DNA of 64,000 nucleotides from Octopus bimaculoides. Lineage: Eukaryota. Positions within the stretch are counted from its first letter, which is position 1; every line of letters begins with the position of its first letter. The stretch lies in the NCBI RefSeq assembly GCF_001194135.2, contig NC_068981.1, positions 188,066,714 through 188,130,713 on the forward strand. The letters run 5' to 3'. The position numbers and the translations under genes are program-made. Shown here one piece after another: positions 23,459 through 35,680 of this stretch. Under the pieces are notes generated by a model that worked only from the letters and a program-made list of their open reading frames with translations, was not told where the DNA came from and ran no database searches.

Positions 23459-25300
23459 AAGACAAAATGGAGTGAAAAACTACAGAAGACATGTGTTATA
23501 TGGTTAGAGAATATATTTAAATCGTTATGTTAGAAAAATATAAAATTTTGTGTAAAGTGACATTGTTCTTAGAAAAATAACCGGTTTCGGATTTTCTTTT
23601 CAAATTTCTTTACCGATATTGTGTCATTTCTTCGCTATGAAGTGAAGTATGAGAGTTCCAGACAGGGGAAGGTAATCAGGGATATTTTAGGTATAAGGGA
23701 AATAATCAGATATGTTGGGAATGACTAGGTTTTATTAATTTAACATGATTTGGTTTAGAAAGAATAGAATGTCAGAAGTGGTTAAGTTTGATTTATGTTT
23801 TTCAGAGGTAGGTTTCCTTATTTAAAACTGCTAGAAATGATTAAGTTTTGGCTTATATTTTTCAATGAAGTAGGTTTCCTTATTTAATCCAACTTGTGTT
23901 GGTGTTCCAATGGCACATCCTGAATGACAGTCAACATTACGAAACAAATCACAAACTACACTCCGAAAAAAATTATGAAAACCCTGTCCTCACTAATTAA
24001 AACCCATGGAAAAGAACTGACAACCAAACTTTAAATGCAAACCTAGCCTTTTCTACAGTCTACCAATAATTCACAAAAGCCAGATTATATCTGAAACCAT
24101 TAAAAAATCACCACCCAAAATTACGACCCATTATAGCTGGCCGAGCCTGTAAAACATACAGACTAAGTCTGTATTTATGGACGTCCTCTTGAAACCCTTC
24201 CTTAAACACATCAATAGCTATATCAGAGATGACTTGGACATGTTAAATCACCCCCGAAAAAAAAAAAGAAGTCAAGAAAAGTTCAATACAGCAATACACC
24301 TTCCCCGAAAATGCTGCTGTACATATCCACATTCAGAAACAAAGAAGCCGTCACGTCATTACCCAAAATTTACCAATACTACATAAGGACTCCAAATTAA
24401 AGGAAATTTTACACACATCATTAAAAGCCACACACAATCGAAATCACTAAAAAAGTTCCTCACAAAGGCAAAATCATTTTCTAAAATAACGGACGCAAAA
24501 GTGAAGAAATGTGGTCGACCAAATTACGCAACATGCCCAAACCTTCTAGAAGGATCAGAATTCCTTTTCAAACAGGGACAAAAATTCAAAACCAAATTTA
24601 ACTTTACTTGTGCCTCAGAAAACCTGATTTATGTTATAAGATGCTCGGGCTGGCACCAAGACTACATAGGGATCATGGGATTATCGCTCAGACGCAGATG
24701 CACTCTGCACCGACAGCAGATTGCATTCCCAGAATACAGAATGATATCCTTTAGTGCACACATTGAGAAATGCGCAAAGCAACGGCCACCACAATTTATA
24801 ATCTTTCCATTTTATCAATGTGCCATTGGAACACCAACACAAGTTAGATTAGATAAAGAAACCAGCTTCATTGAAAATATACGCTAAAACTTAATCATTT
24901 CTAGCAATTTTAAATAAAGAAATTTACCTCTTTGAAAAAAATATAAAGCAAAACTTAACCACTTCTAACATTCTGTTCTTTCTAAACCAAATCATGTTAA
25001 ATTAATAAAATCTAATCATTCCCAACATTTTTTATTATCTCCCTTATACCGAAACAAATATCCCTGATTATCTTCTCCTGTCTGGAACTCTCATACTTCA
25101 CTTCATAGCGAAGAAATGACACAATATCGGTAAAGAAATTTGAGACATTTGAAAAGAAAATACGATACCGGTTATTTCTCCAAGAGTACTTTTTACTTTA
25201 CACAAAATTTTATAAAATTTTCCTAACATAACGGTTTAAATATATTCTCTAACCATATAACCCAAGCCTTCTGTAGTTTTTTTCCACTCTATTTTGTCTT
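23459..25300 (+). mobile_element. Penelope-like element, RT core deleted, with inverted 5' pLTR
   Basis: Pre-RT remnants (HPKLRPIIAG..MDVLLKPFLKHINSYIRDDLDML), linker, GIY-YIG region (CGRPNYATC..ENLIYVIRCSGWHQDYIG..LHRQQI..AHIEKC); 23459-23918 is an inverted copy of 24818-25300. Confidence 0.88.
23572..23610 (-). ncRNA. Minimal hammerhead motif with U3-A8 core in the inverted pLTR
   Basis: agaaat | UUGAAAA | G-aaaatc-C | GAA | ACCGGU | U | attttt. Confidence 0.5.
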
Positions 25301-25344
25301 TTATACATCCAACAACGTACCTTCACATACCAACTCTCTCGCCA

Positions 25345-25387
<43 letters not shown>

Positions 25388-27417
25388 NNNNNNNNNNNNN
25401 NNNNNNNNNNNNNNNNNNNNNNNNNNNNNNNNNNNNNNNNNNNNNNNNNNNNNNNNNNNNNNNNNNNNNNNNNNNNNNNNNNNNNNNNNNNNNNNNNNNN
25501 NNNNNNNNNNNNNNNNNNNNNNNNNNNNNNNNNNNNNNNNNNNNNNNNNNNNNNNNNNNNNNNNNNNNNNNNNNNNNNNNNNNNNNNNNNNNNNNNNNNN
25601 NNNNNNNNNNNNNNNNNNNNNNNNNNNNNNNNNNNNNNNNNNNNNNNNNNNNNNNNNNNNNNNNNNNNNNNNNNNNNNNNNNNNNNNNNNNNNNNNNNNN
25701 NNNNNNNNNNNNNNNNNNNNNNNNNNNNNNNNNNNNNNNNNNNNNNNNNNNNNNNNNNNNNNNNNNNNNNNNNNNNNNNNNNNNNNNNNNNNNNNNNNNN
25801 NNNNNNNNNNNNNNNNNNNNNNNNNNNNNNNNNNNNNNNNNNNNNNNNNNNNNNNNNNNNNNNNNNNNNNNNNNNNNNNNNNNNNNNNNNNNNNNNNNNN
25901 NNNNNNNNNNNNNNNNNNNNNNNNNNNNNNNNNNNNNNNNNNNNNNNNNNNNNNNNNNNNNNNNNNNNNNNNNNNNNNNNNGTGTGTGTGTGTGTGTGTG
26001 TGTGTGTGCGCACGCGAAATATACATAATATATCAGCCCATTGTTAATATTTATTTGTATACCAATCTACACAATTACGCGCGCACACACGTACTGACCA
26101 CGCGCACGCAGACACACACTCACATGCATTTGCTATCCAATAGTACAAATTCTTGACAATTTGTATGGAGTTCATGGATTAGAATGGCGCCATAATCCAC
26201 ATCTAAGGTTTAACAATGATCCATTCACGCATCAATATGTCTGACAACGAACCAATTAGAATTAGCGTATCTGTTGGAGCGCATACTCATTACTAACCAA
26301 CGAATCTACGAATCAACCAAACGTTCACTAATATAACCACTCCGGTACTGCATTTGAAATGCAGTGCATGGACTTTGTATTATTATTATTATTACTGTTG
26401 TTGTTACTGTTGTTGTTGTTGTTATTATTATTATTTTTATTATTCTTCCGAATTGTCTTTTGTAGATAAAGTATGAACTATAGGAACACAGAATATTGGC
26501 GGTTTTCTTGAGACTAATGTTAGCTAAGCGTGCTGTTTCATATATTATGAACCTTGTTATTAAATAGATTTCTTTTGGCAGTCGGCAGATTTTCCTCACA
26601 ATCCACTTGTCGCCAGTGTGGTAATTGTTTTTACCGTTTCCTATATTTTATCTGTAATTACACGGAGCTTAATAATATTACTGGTAATTATTTGTTGGAG
26701 TTTTGTAATAGACTGCTCAACTCCTTTGCAGCAATTCCATTCCTTGTGATAAACTATTTGAAAGCTGGCAGGGAACTTCAAATCTCATTAGTAGATATAG
26801 ATTTAATAATAGGTTTTAATAATTTTCTCCCTTGCCGCGACTTGCAATCTATTTTGTAGAGAGGCGAAATTTACCAAAAGATGTTTGAATGTTAGGATAT
26901 TTTGCATGCTACTGTTCGTATTAAAACGTTATGTAGATGTGTTGTTGAATATGTGTGTGTGTAGGGGTGCGGGACTGTCCGTAACTATATATATATATAT
27001 ATNNNNNNNNNNNNNNNNNNNNNNNNNNNNNNNNNNNNNNNNNNNNNNNNNNNNNNNNNNNNNNNNNNNNNNNNNNNNNNNNNNNNNNNNNNNNNNNNNN
27101 NNNNNNNNNNNNNNNNNNNNNNNNNNNNNNNNNNNNNNNNNNNNNNNNNNNNNNNNNNNNNNNNNNNNNNNNNNNNNNNNNNNNNNNNNNNNNNNNNNNN
27201 NNNNNNNNNNNNNNNNNNNNNNATATATATAAACATATATATATAAAATCTGGGCTAAAATAATTTTGTTTCAGCTTATCGATATGGCAGAAAATCCACA
27301 ACTTTTCGCCCCAAAAAACCAGTGTTGTTCCAGAAAGTTGTTTTATTTATATTTTCTTCGGATTGCTTGAAGTTCACTTTCTTCCTACACTTCGATTCTT
27401 GGACCTCACATATCTCT

Positions 27418-27442
27418 CTCTCTTTCTCTCTCTCTTTCTCCC

Positions 27443-27496
<54 letters not shown>

Positions 27497-27505
27497 TCTC
27501 TCTCT
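27418..27505. repeat. (CT)n microsatellite
   Basis: Directly visible. Confidence 0.9.
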
Positions 27506-27509
27506 CCCC

Positions 27510-27610
27510 TCGACAACTCGACAACCGGTGCTGGTGTGTACGTACCTGTACGTTAGCGGTTCGGCATTATTTTTCGAGTATGGCCGCAGTAAAATGACTG
27601 AAACAATAGG
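27510..27610 (+). mobile_element. SINE family C 3' fragment
   Basis: ctcgacaaccggtgctggtgtg..tagcggttcggca..atggccgcagtaaaatgactgaaacaa. Confidence 0.75.
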
Positions 27611-27718
27611 CTTTCCCGGTCCTTTTTAGTAATATTTATATCCAGTCCAAACATATATCCTGATGTTTTGAGGGGAAAAAAACTGAATATTTATGGTACC
27701 CTCTCTGTACTTTAGAGT

Positions 27719-27757
<39 letters not shown>

Positions 27758-27869
27758 TGTGTGTATGTGTGGTCGGAACCTTTGAAACTATGCAATCAGC
27801 CTTTCTTAACAGCTCCTCTAATACATGAAATTAATGATGTCTAAATGTTTTTATGACAACTGGCAGATG

Positions 27870-28100
27870 GTCTGCTACGAGGCGGCACGTTGTGTCCTTG
27901 AGCAAGACACTTTATTTCACGTTGGCAAAAGTGAGTTGAATCTTTGTTTCATAGGGTCAGCCTCGTCACATTCTGTGTCATGCGTAATTTCCCTGAGATC
28001 TATATTAAGGGTACGCGTAGTTGCGGGGTATTCAGTCGCCCTGCACGTTAATTTCACGAACACATACTGCGTTGATCGGAACAACTTGAGTGCCAGGTAG
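27870..28100 (+). mobile_element. Old family B-related SINE
   Basis: gttgtgtccttgagcaagacactttatttcac..agggtcagcc..ccctgag..ttaagggtac..gcacgttaatttcacga..gttgatcgga. Confidence 0.75.
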
Positions 28101-28689
28101 TCTGGAGAGAGTTGAGACATTGATTGTCCAGTGATTATGAAGCGAAGTGTAGAACACAAAGTGATGTCTGAGTATTATAAGTTGTAGTAGTTGGCCCGGC
28201 GAGTTATTTGTTGTTTTGGGTTGTTTAAGATAAAATGGGTGTTTGCTTCTGATGTTTTTATATTCCCTCTTAGGTTATCTGCTTTATTTGAAAACCAAGA
28301 CGATTCGAGTGTATTATATTCTCACTAATGAGGGCGTTAATGGTGCAGTTGTCGACTGCAACTTAGTAGGGTAATTAGTGAAACCTGTGCTGGCATGTTT
28401 CTACGCAAATGTTATATTAATGTTCTTCGGTAATGAGAAAATGTTTTTGGTTTCATAAAATTGTTTTTTTTTTATATTCAGACTGTTAATTTTTCGTATG
28501 GAGACTCTTAGACGTATTATATGCGCAAATTTGATGCTGGGCAGAGAAGCTTTGTTGTCGTTACTGGAGTTGGTGTATTTATGCAAAGTTTGTGTAAATC
28601 GTGCTGCATGACTGTGTTTTATAATACAGAAAACATCTCGTAGAAGATTGTATATGTTTTTTATATTTCATTATTCTGTTACTTGTTTC

Positions 28690-28812
28690 AGTCATTTGAG
28701 TGCGACCATGCCGGAGCATCGCCTATAGTCGAACAAATCGACCCCAGAGCTTATTTTTTGTAAGCCTAGTACTCATTTATCGGTCTCTTTTTTCCCGAAC
28801 CGCTAAGTGGGG
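28690..28812 (-). mobile_element. SINE family C 3' half
   Basis: cagtcattt..accatgccggagcatcgcc..gtcgaacaaatcgacccca..tttatcggtctc. Confidence 0.8.
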
Positions 28813-28959
28813 TACATCCAGCAGTGCAACTCTTGTGAGATCACTATTCAGTTTGCAGTGTATGTATTCGTGTATTTCCACCCTGCAGTCGATCCTTTTG
28901 GTCTCTTGCGCAAAAGGATTTCCACGAATTTGTAGAATCATCTTTTCCTCTTCTTAACA

Positions 28960-30045
28960 ACGATGGCTCCGTTAGCAGTACCATATAGAGAAAGCCTCCA
29001 CGCTTGTCACCCGCTTTGTATCGAACTCCACACCATTACCTAATCCCTTTCACTCCACCTACATCCGGGCCATTTGCTGACATATCTCCATTTGCTGACA
29101 TATCTCCATTTGCTTCAAACAGACAAGGCCACCGGCCCTGAAAACTTACCAAACTATTCAATATCTCACTCCTTACGTGTATATACCCTAACATTTGGAT
29201 GCATGTCTCAGTTTATCCTATTTTAAAGAAAGGCAAACACTCCAACCTGACAAAATATCCTAGGTACTGGAGATAGCTATCAACAATGATTCTCTCTCCC
29301 TCTCTCTCTCCAATGTGTCCACCAGTGCGGTTTCTGCAGAGCCAGACCAACTGGAGACCTACAGTCTTTCATTATCCACTATTCGGTCTTCTTCTTTAGA
29401 GAATTTCATCGAAATATGAACTTCCCACCTACAAGCTCCACCTGTCTTTCATGTCTTGGAAACTTCCTATCAGATCACACTACTGTGACCGTGTTGATGG
29501 GGACCTTTCTACTCCTCTCGCATTTAACCCTAATGATCCCCAGGGTCATCGGGATTTGATACTCTCCCTCACTCCCTTGTATACATCGATGACCTTCATG
29601 TTTCTACATGTCACAATTCCCATTCTTATGAAGATGACGCGTCTATTCATTCCTCCTTCACCATGCATCATTCACTCTCAACTTAAAGCACCACACGCCT
29701 ACATGCATTGTTTCTATAAACGGAAAGCTTGAAAGTATCTTCTAGTGGGGCATGGCAACCTTGTTTCTTTTAACAGCAAGAAACTCCACAACTATTCATA
29801 CTTGGAAGACACCATGGTACCACATTCCCGCTTAGCCTGAGCGGCACTCAGCTAGAGACTTCACAACTGATCCAAATGCTGGGAGTCACTTTTACCGAGG
29901 TTCCCTCCTTCTGAAAGCAAATCCTAAGCTTAGGCGGGACCTCATCTTAAAAGCTAGCTCTACTCTTTAGGCCAGAAAATATTTCAATTTCGGACCGTTG
30001 CTGACACCCTACAAGTTTCATGTAGGGCCAACCTGTATAGCGGTA
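28960..30045 (+). mobile_element. Heavily decayed CR1/L2-group LINE RT region
   Basis: Fragmentary motifs in order: DKATGP, VYPILKKGKHSN, FLSD..RVDG, PQG, LGVTF, LTPYK.HV; many stops and indels. Confidence 0.6.
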
Positions 30046-31139
30046 CTGTTACGCGCTATGCTTCTTTAATACTGGAAACTCGATCTATTGAAATATTCAC
30101 GTGGAAACGTATAAAGAGAGATAGGATTTAAGACGGAGAAAATACCTGATTCAGAAGCCTTCTTAACGATTACATAAATCGAATTATCAGAATGTTGTTA
30201 TTTCTTTTAAACAATAATTCATGCATGAATGATAACAATTATGCCATTTTTGGTCATCTGTACTGGATATTTAACTTTAATTTCCTTGTTAAAATATTAA
30301 AAAAACAAAAAACACTGGCGTTTTAGCGTCGTCATATACTTTATTAAAATAGTGCATTTCACATCACACCTTATCGTAGGAAAGCAAAGCAAACAATCAA
30401 CTTCGAACCTCTATCTGTTCCGCATCCATGCGAATTTTTTAAAGCCGATTTTTAATGTTAATATTTCGTTGCGTCACGATCGGATTGTTGTTGTTTGAAT
30501 TCTACATTGTTTTTGTGGAGATATAAGATTGCTGTAGTGTCCAATTGTCTGGCAGTAATCTTCATCATATTAAGTCATATACTGAAAGGAAGTTCTACTC
30601 CGGCAATTACCTATTCCTTTGCTTGCTTTTGTGTTGTACAAGGATGTATTTCAATAAGATTCTATGATTACCCGTTCGATTTGTTTTCATTTCCAACAGC
30701 AATACATTTCTTACTGAATATATATTTGTACGCACTCAAATTACCATCTTGTAAATTGAATTTTGTTAATGATTGGATTTTAAGATTCCTATTGAAAGTA
30801 CTCAGCTATATTGCTTGTACAGGAATGAAATTGTTTTCGACTTACTATCTAATGAGATGTAACATTTGACTATGCAGTAAAAAAAAAAAAAAAAAAGAAT
30901 TAGTTTATTTCTAATGTTCTACTGCAGACGTGTTTATCCTGTCCAATGGTACGGATTGGTAAGCACATTATCATTTTAGTCAAATGACAAGACACTAATG
31001 GAAGGCAAGATGAAAGCAGACTTTGCTTTTGAAAAAGAATCCCTAATCAAATTTAGAATATCAGTCAGCAGAAATATCTAAAATAAAATTTAACAAAGAT
31101 TTATTGAAGTATTGTATGCATTAATATTCTTTACCATTA

Positions 31140-31352
31140 AGGCAGCAAGCTGCTAGAAACATTAGCACGCCAGGCGAAATACTTAGCAGTATTTCGACTA
31201 ACTATGTTCTGAGTTCAAATTACGCCAATGTCGACTTTGCCTTTCATCCTTTTGGGGTCGATAAATTAAGTACCAGTTGCGTTCTGAGGTCGATTTAATT
31301 CACTGCCCCGCCCCCAAAATTTCGAGCCTTGTGCCTAGAGTCGAAAAGAATA
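31140..31352 (+). mobile_element. SINE family A
   Basis: Full consensus match. Confidence 0.88.
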
Positions 31353-32421
31353 TTTTTTACCAATATTGACATTGTCATTGATGCTAATGTGTCTGTCTAT
31401 TGCTTTTATACTGTTGCAACGTAATAATAGTTAAGTCAATAAGATAATGAAGTTTGAAAGCTAGGAGACATCGTATTTTCTGGTGATGTTATTTGCGAGA
31501 CATTTGATTACTTGAATGCACAATAAATTAATTGTGAGATAGTAAATCATTGCATTCTATGTGTATACAGATAGACACATTAAACATTTGCTTCCGTTAT
31601 TCAGTTAGATAAGAAAATCTCAGCACTTTCTTAATTTACACACGCATACACACACGAATTAGCGACGTTACACTGTAAGATAAAATTCCTTGCGCTATTT
31701 GTTTCAGTTCTCTAAGTTAAAACTCCTCTGAAGTGAATTTTACCTTTCCATCCGTTCAGAGTTGAATATGTACCAGAATAAGTGAATGAATGGCTAGAAT
31801 TGCAAGAGTGTTAGAAGGATCTGTGAGGCTCTTTATATGCTGAGTTCAAATTTTCCACGTTGCTAGAGTCGTCTCATCAATAAGGTTTTCACAAAGTTCT
31901 GTCATCGACTCCAGTCAAAAAGACTACCTATGAAACCTCCCAAGTCACCAATCTAACTCTGTATGGATTTATGAATGGCATATGTATCCAGATAGTCCAA
32001 CAGCATATACATAAAAAGTTGCAACACGAAATTTCGTTATATTAATACGAATTCTCACCAGAGTCCTCTTTTTTGGTTGGTAATGTAACTCAGTATTTAT
32101 ATGTCGGGTAGCGTGACAGGCACTTTATAAGCAGGTACATACATACATACAAATAATAATTGAACAATGGACAGGAATATCAGAAGAGGGACCTGTCTCA
32201 AGTTTCAGTTTGTAGCGTCTGTTTCTCCGATCTCTGCTGAAGAAGACATACCCACTCCGAAATGCATGCATCCAAACAGCTTATACTGGGAGCAAAACTC
32301 GGAGGGACTGCATAATCTTTGTTATAAATAATATATCTGTCCATTCTATCCAACGTATTGATATTGTTTGCCTTAGGCAACATGTACTTTGATATTTTTT
32401 ATAACTCTTAAGGCGGTGAGC

Positions 32422-32620
32422 TAATACAGTCGTTAGCACGTCGTGAAGAATGCTCAGCAGTGCTTCGTCCGTCGCAGCGTTCTGAGTTCAAATTCCACCG
32501 AGTTCGACCATAATCCTTTCGGGATCGATGAAATGAGTACCAGTCAGTCACTGGGGTCGATGTAAGTGATTTACCCCCTGCCCCGAAATTGCTGACCTTG
32601 TGCCGAAATTTGAAACCAAA
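32422..32620 (+). mobile_element. SINE family A
   Basis: Full consensus match. Confidence 0.85.
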
Positions 32621-32654
32621 ATTCTTTATAACTCTTACATTACACTATAAACAC

Positions 32655-32659
32655 ATGTG

Positions 32660-32739
<80 letters not shown>

Positions 32740-32742
32740 CAT
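32655..32742. repeat. (CA)n microsatellite
   Basis: Directly visible. Confidence 0.95.
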
Positions 32743-33324
32743 TGTTTGCGGCTTAGAATGCACCTCAAGTATGGTTGAAATAGTGAAAGGTTTGTATTTA
32801 TACACATCACTGCTTAGAGCTTTCATTCCATATTCTATACACACATACACACACACACACACTGCTATTTCCAGTAAATTTTGGTGCATTGATTTACCAC
32901 CATTCTATATTTATATTTATACTTTAACCGTACGGTGCTTTATTTTACTGGAAAACAATACTCTTGTATTTCACTATTATAAATTTTCTCTTTATATATA
33001 TATATATGTATGTATATGTATGTGTATATTATGTATGTATATATGTGTGTTTATATATGTATGTGTATATATATGTGTGTATATATATATTNNNNNNNNN
33101 NNNNNNNNNNNNNNNNNNNNNNNNNNNNNNNNNNNNNNNNTATATATATATATGTATGTATATATATATATGTATGTATGTATATAATATGTATATATAT
33201 ATATATGTATGTATGTATGTATATAATATATATATAATTATTAAGAGAGTAGAAATTGATATTAATCAATTAAAACCAGTGGTCTAGCATATTAAAAAAA
33301 TCCGAAGATTAAAATTATATTACA

Positions 33325-33454
33325 TACAAAAATAAGAGGAGTGAGTGGACTCCTATATGCTTGAAATAGATGCCGAATCATCTAACCACGTGGTTAGATG
33401 ATTAGGCATCTATTTCTAGCATATAGGAGCCCACTCACTCCTCTTATTTTTGTA
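33325..33454. repeat. 130-bp spacerless palindrome
   Basis: 65-bp arms with 3 mismatches, centred on aaccac|gtggtt; TA-rich flanks. Confidence 0.9.
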
Positions 33455-34671
33455 ATATATATATATATATATATATAATAGATATATATATATATATGTA
33501 TGTATGTATCACTAAAAACGCTTGTAACATTCAAATAATTCATAGCGGGACTCTCCAGCCTTTTGTTCTGAAATACAAATAATTCTTATGAGTGTATTTT
33601 GGGGAGGAAATGCAGAATTTAGCATCACTGTAAAAAGCAAACGCTGATTAAAACAAAACATTTTCTATCTTCGTGGATCTTCGATGCGCTTCTCAATAGA
33701 AAATGCTTAATGTTTTTGTTGGCTAATAAGTCTATTGCGTCAAAGACGTAACAGTTTCCCAACTATGTCAATCGTTTCAAATTATTTTGCTCTTCAAATA
33801 GGTTCTTGTCGTCTCCCAGATTCCTGATAAATCTTTCTATGCTCATGTGTATTCCGCACAGAAAACAAATTGCATGCATATAAACGCAAAAGCCCGTCAA
33901 TTCTGAAACGCATGTCACTCGGATGGTGTTCAAATTAGACATGACAGCAAGAAAAAGAATAATCAAAAGCAGTTATTATAATGGAAAAACATGCAAATTT
34001 GTGAAAATACAAGCAGCAAAGAATAATATAAATTAAGTGATTAGAAGCATATATATTGCAAGACGTCAATTTTTGTTATTATAACAGACATTAGCAATGT
34101 AAATTATAGAATATAGTTTCCTCCTGGCATCGAAATGGTGTTATGAGCTAAGTTCACCTGCAAAATAATGACTAAAATAATTACTGCATAAACGCAATGT
34201 CTTAGCTATTATATGAGCTTGAAGAAACGAGATTGTCAACTCATTTTCTTATAAACTTTCATTTAATCAAATTACTACTTTGAATACAGGCAAAAAACGC
34301 AGAATTATTGGTATACTCATTGTTAAATCAACATCTCCGGAGTATATAATTCACACTGTACTGTATTTAAAGCAGCGGCAGTAACATTGGTTTTTCTGAC
34401 TTATGCTTTCCAGCACTGTAAAACCCCGAATATTGCTGTCAGCATAAATCCGTATCATGCTCCATTGGCGGGTGAACATGAAACCCCATTTTGTTTTAGA
34501 TTGAAACTTTTAAATGAACTTTCTTTACTATTGAGAGACAGACAGACAAATAGAAAGATAGCGAGAGAGAGCATCCACTGGAGTCATACGACCAGCTTGA
34601 GACAGTAGTTAGAATTCCCTCAAATCATCCTATTTAATAAGTAAAGTACACTTTAGATAATATAGTCCGAC

Positions 34672-34836
34672 AGGCGCATGTGTGGCTGAGTGATAAGAAG
34701 TTTGCTTCTCAACCTCATGGTCCCGGGTTCAGTCCCACTGCGTGGTACCCTGGGTAAGTGTCTTCTTCTATAGCCTCGAGCCAACCAAAGCTTTGTGAGT
34801 GAGTTGGGTCGCCGGAAACTGAAAGTAGCCTGTGGC
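34672..34836 (+). mobile_element. SINE family C 5' half
   Basis: gtggctgagtgataagaag..cccgggttcagtcccactgcgtgg.acc.tggg.aagtgtcttct. Confidence 0.85.
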
Positions 34837-35251
34837 ATATATATATATATGTATATAAAATGTATTAAAAAAAGGCTCTAGTATAATAATTATTCTTCTT
34901 TACTGTAGGCACAAGGCCCGAAATTTTGGGGGNNNNNNNNNNNNNNNNNNNNNNNNNNNNNNNNNNNNNNNNNNNNNNNNNNNNNNNNNNNNNNNNNNNN
35001 NNNNNNNNNNNNNNNNNNNNNNNNNNNNNNNNNNNNNNNNNNNNNNNNNNNNNNNNNNNNNNNNNNNNNNNNNNNNNNNNNNNNNNNNNNNNNNNNNNNN
35101 NNNNNNNNNNNNNNNNNNNNNNNNNNNNNNNNNNNNNNNNNNNNNNNNNNNNNNNNNNNNNNNNNNNNNNNNNNNNNNNNNNNNNNNNNNNNNNNNNNNN
35201 NNNNNNNNNNNNNNNNNNNNNNNNNNNNNNNNNNNNNCATGTTATAATTGC

Positions 35252-35348
35252 ATACTTTATTCCTACATATGTTTCAAAGGATTACAACCTGTGTGATCCA
35301 TAGAGATCTGTGATATTAAAATTGTAACCTTCTCTTCAGGGAATGCAT
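35252..35348 (-). ncRNA. Type I hammerhead ribozyme, mirror copy
   Basis: Exact reverse complement of 35495-35591 in the left palindrome arm; may be an assembly duplicate. Confidence 0.6.
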
Positions 35349-35494
35349 GGGAATAATCTTAAACGTAAGACATTATGACCGAGTATGAAAACAATAGATG
35401 GATAAGGTTATGATGTGATTCAAATCACGTCATAACCTTATCCATCTATTGTTTTCATACTCGGTCATAATGTCTTACGTTTAAGATTATTCCC

Positions 35495-35591
35495 ATGCAT
35501 TCCCTGAAGAGAAGGTTACAATTTTAATATCACAGATCTCTATGGATCACACAGGTTGTAATCCTTTGAAACATATGTAGGAATAAAGTAT
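35495..35591 (+). ncRNA. Type I hammerhead ribozyme, canonical core
   Basis: Stem I ATTCC(35499-503)/GGAAT(35580-84), extended by ATGC/GTAT after an AAA bulge; CUGAAGA 35504-10; 11-bp stem II; GAA 35568-70; palindromic stem III ACATATGT; GUA cleavage site at 35579; AATAAA just downstream. Confidence 0.8.
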
Positions 35592-35680
35592 GCAATTATA
35601 ACATGCGTTTTCTCCATTCCTTAAATTTTTATATATATATATGTATATAAAATGTATTAAAAAAAGGCTCTAGTATAATA

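Larger units (their letters stand above)
35238..35605. repeat. 368-bp near-perfect palindrome adjoining an N-gap
   Basis: 183-bp arms, 2-nt centre (35421-35422), one mismatch (35414/35429). Confidence 0.95.

Noticed and set aside
32237-32270. CTGAAGA..GAAA-TGCAT motif
   Set aside because: No stem II closing pair, no stem I, and G at position 17
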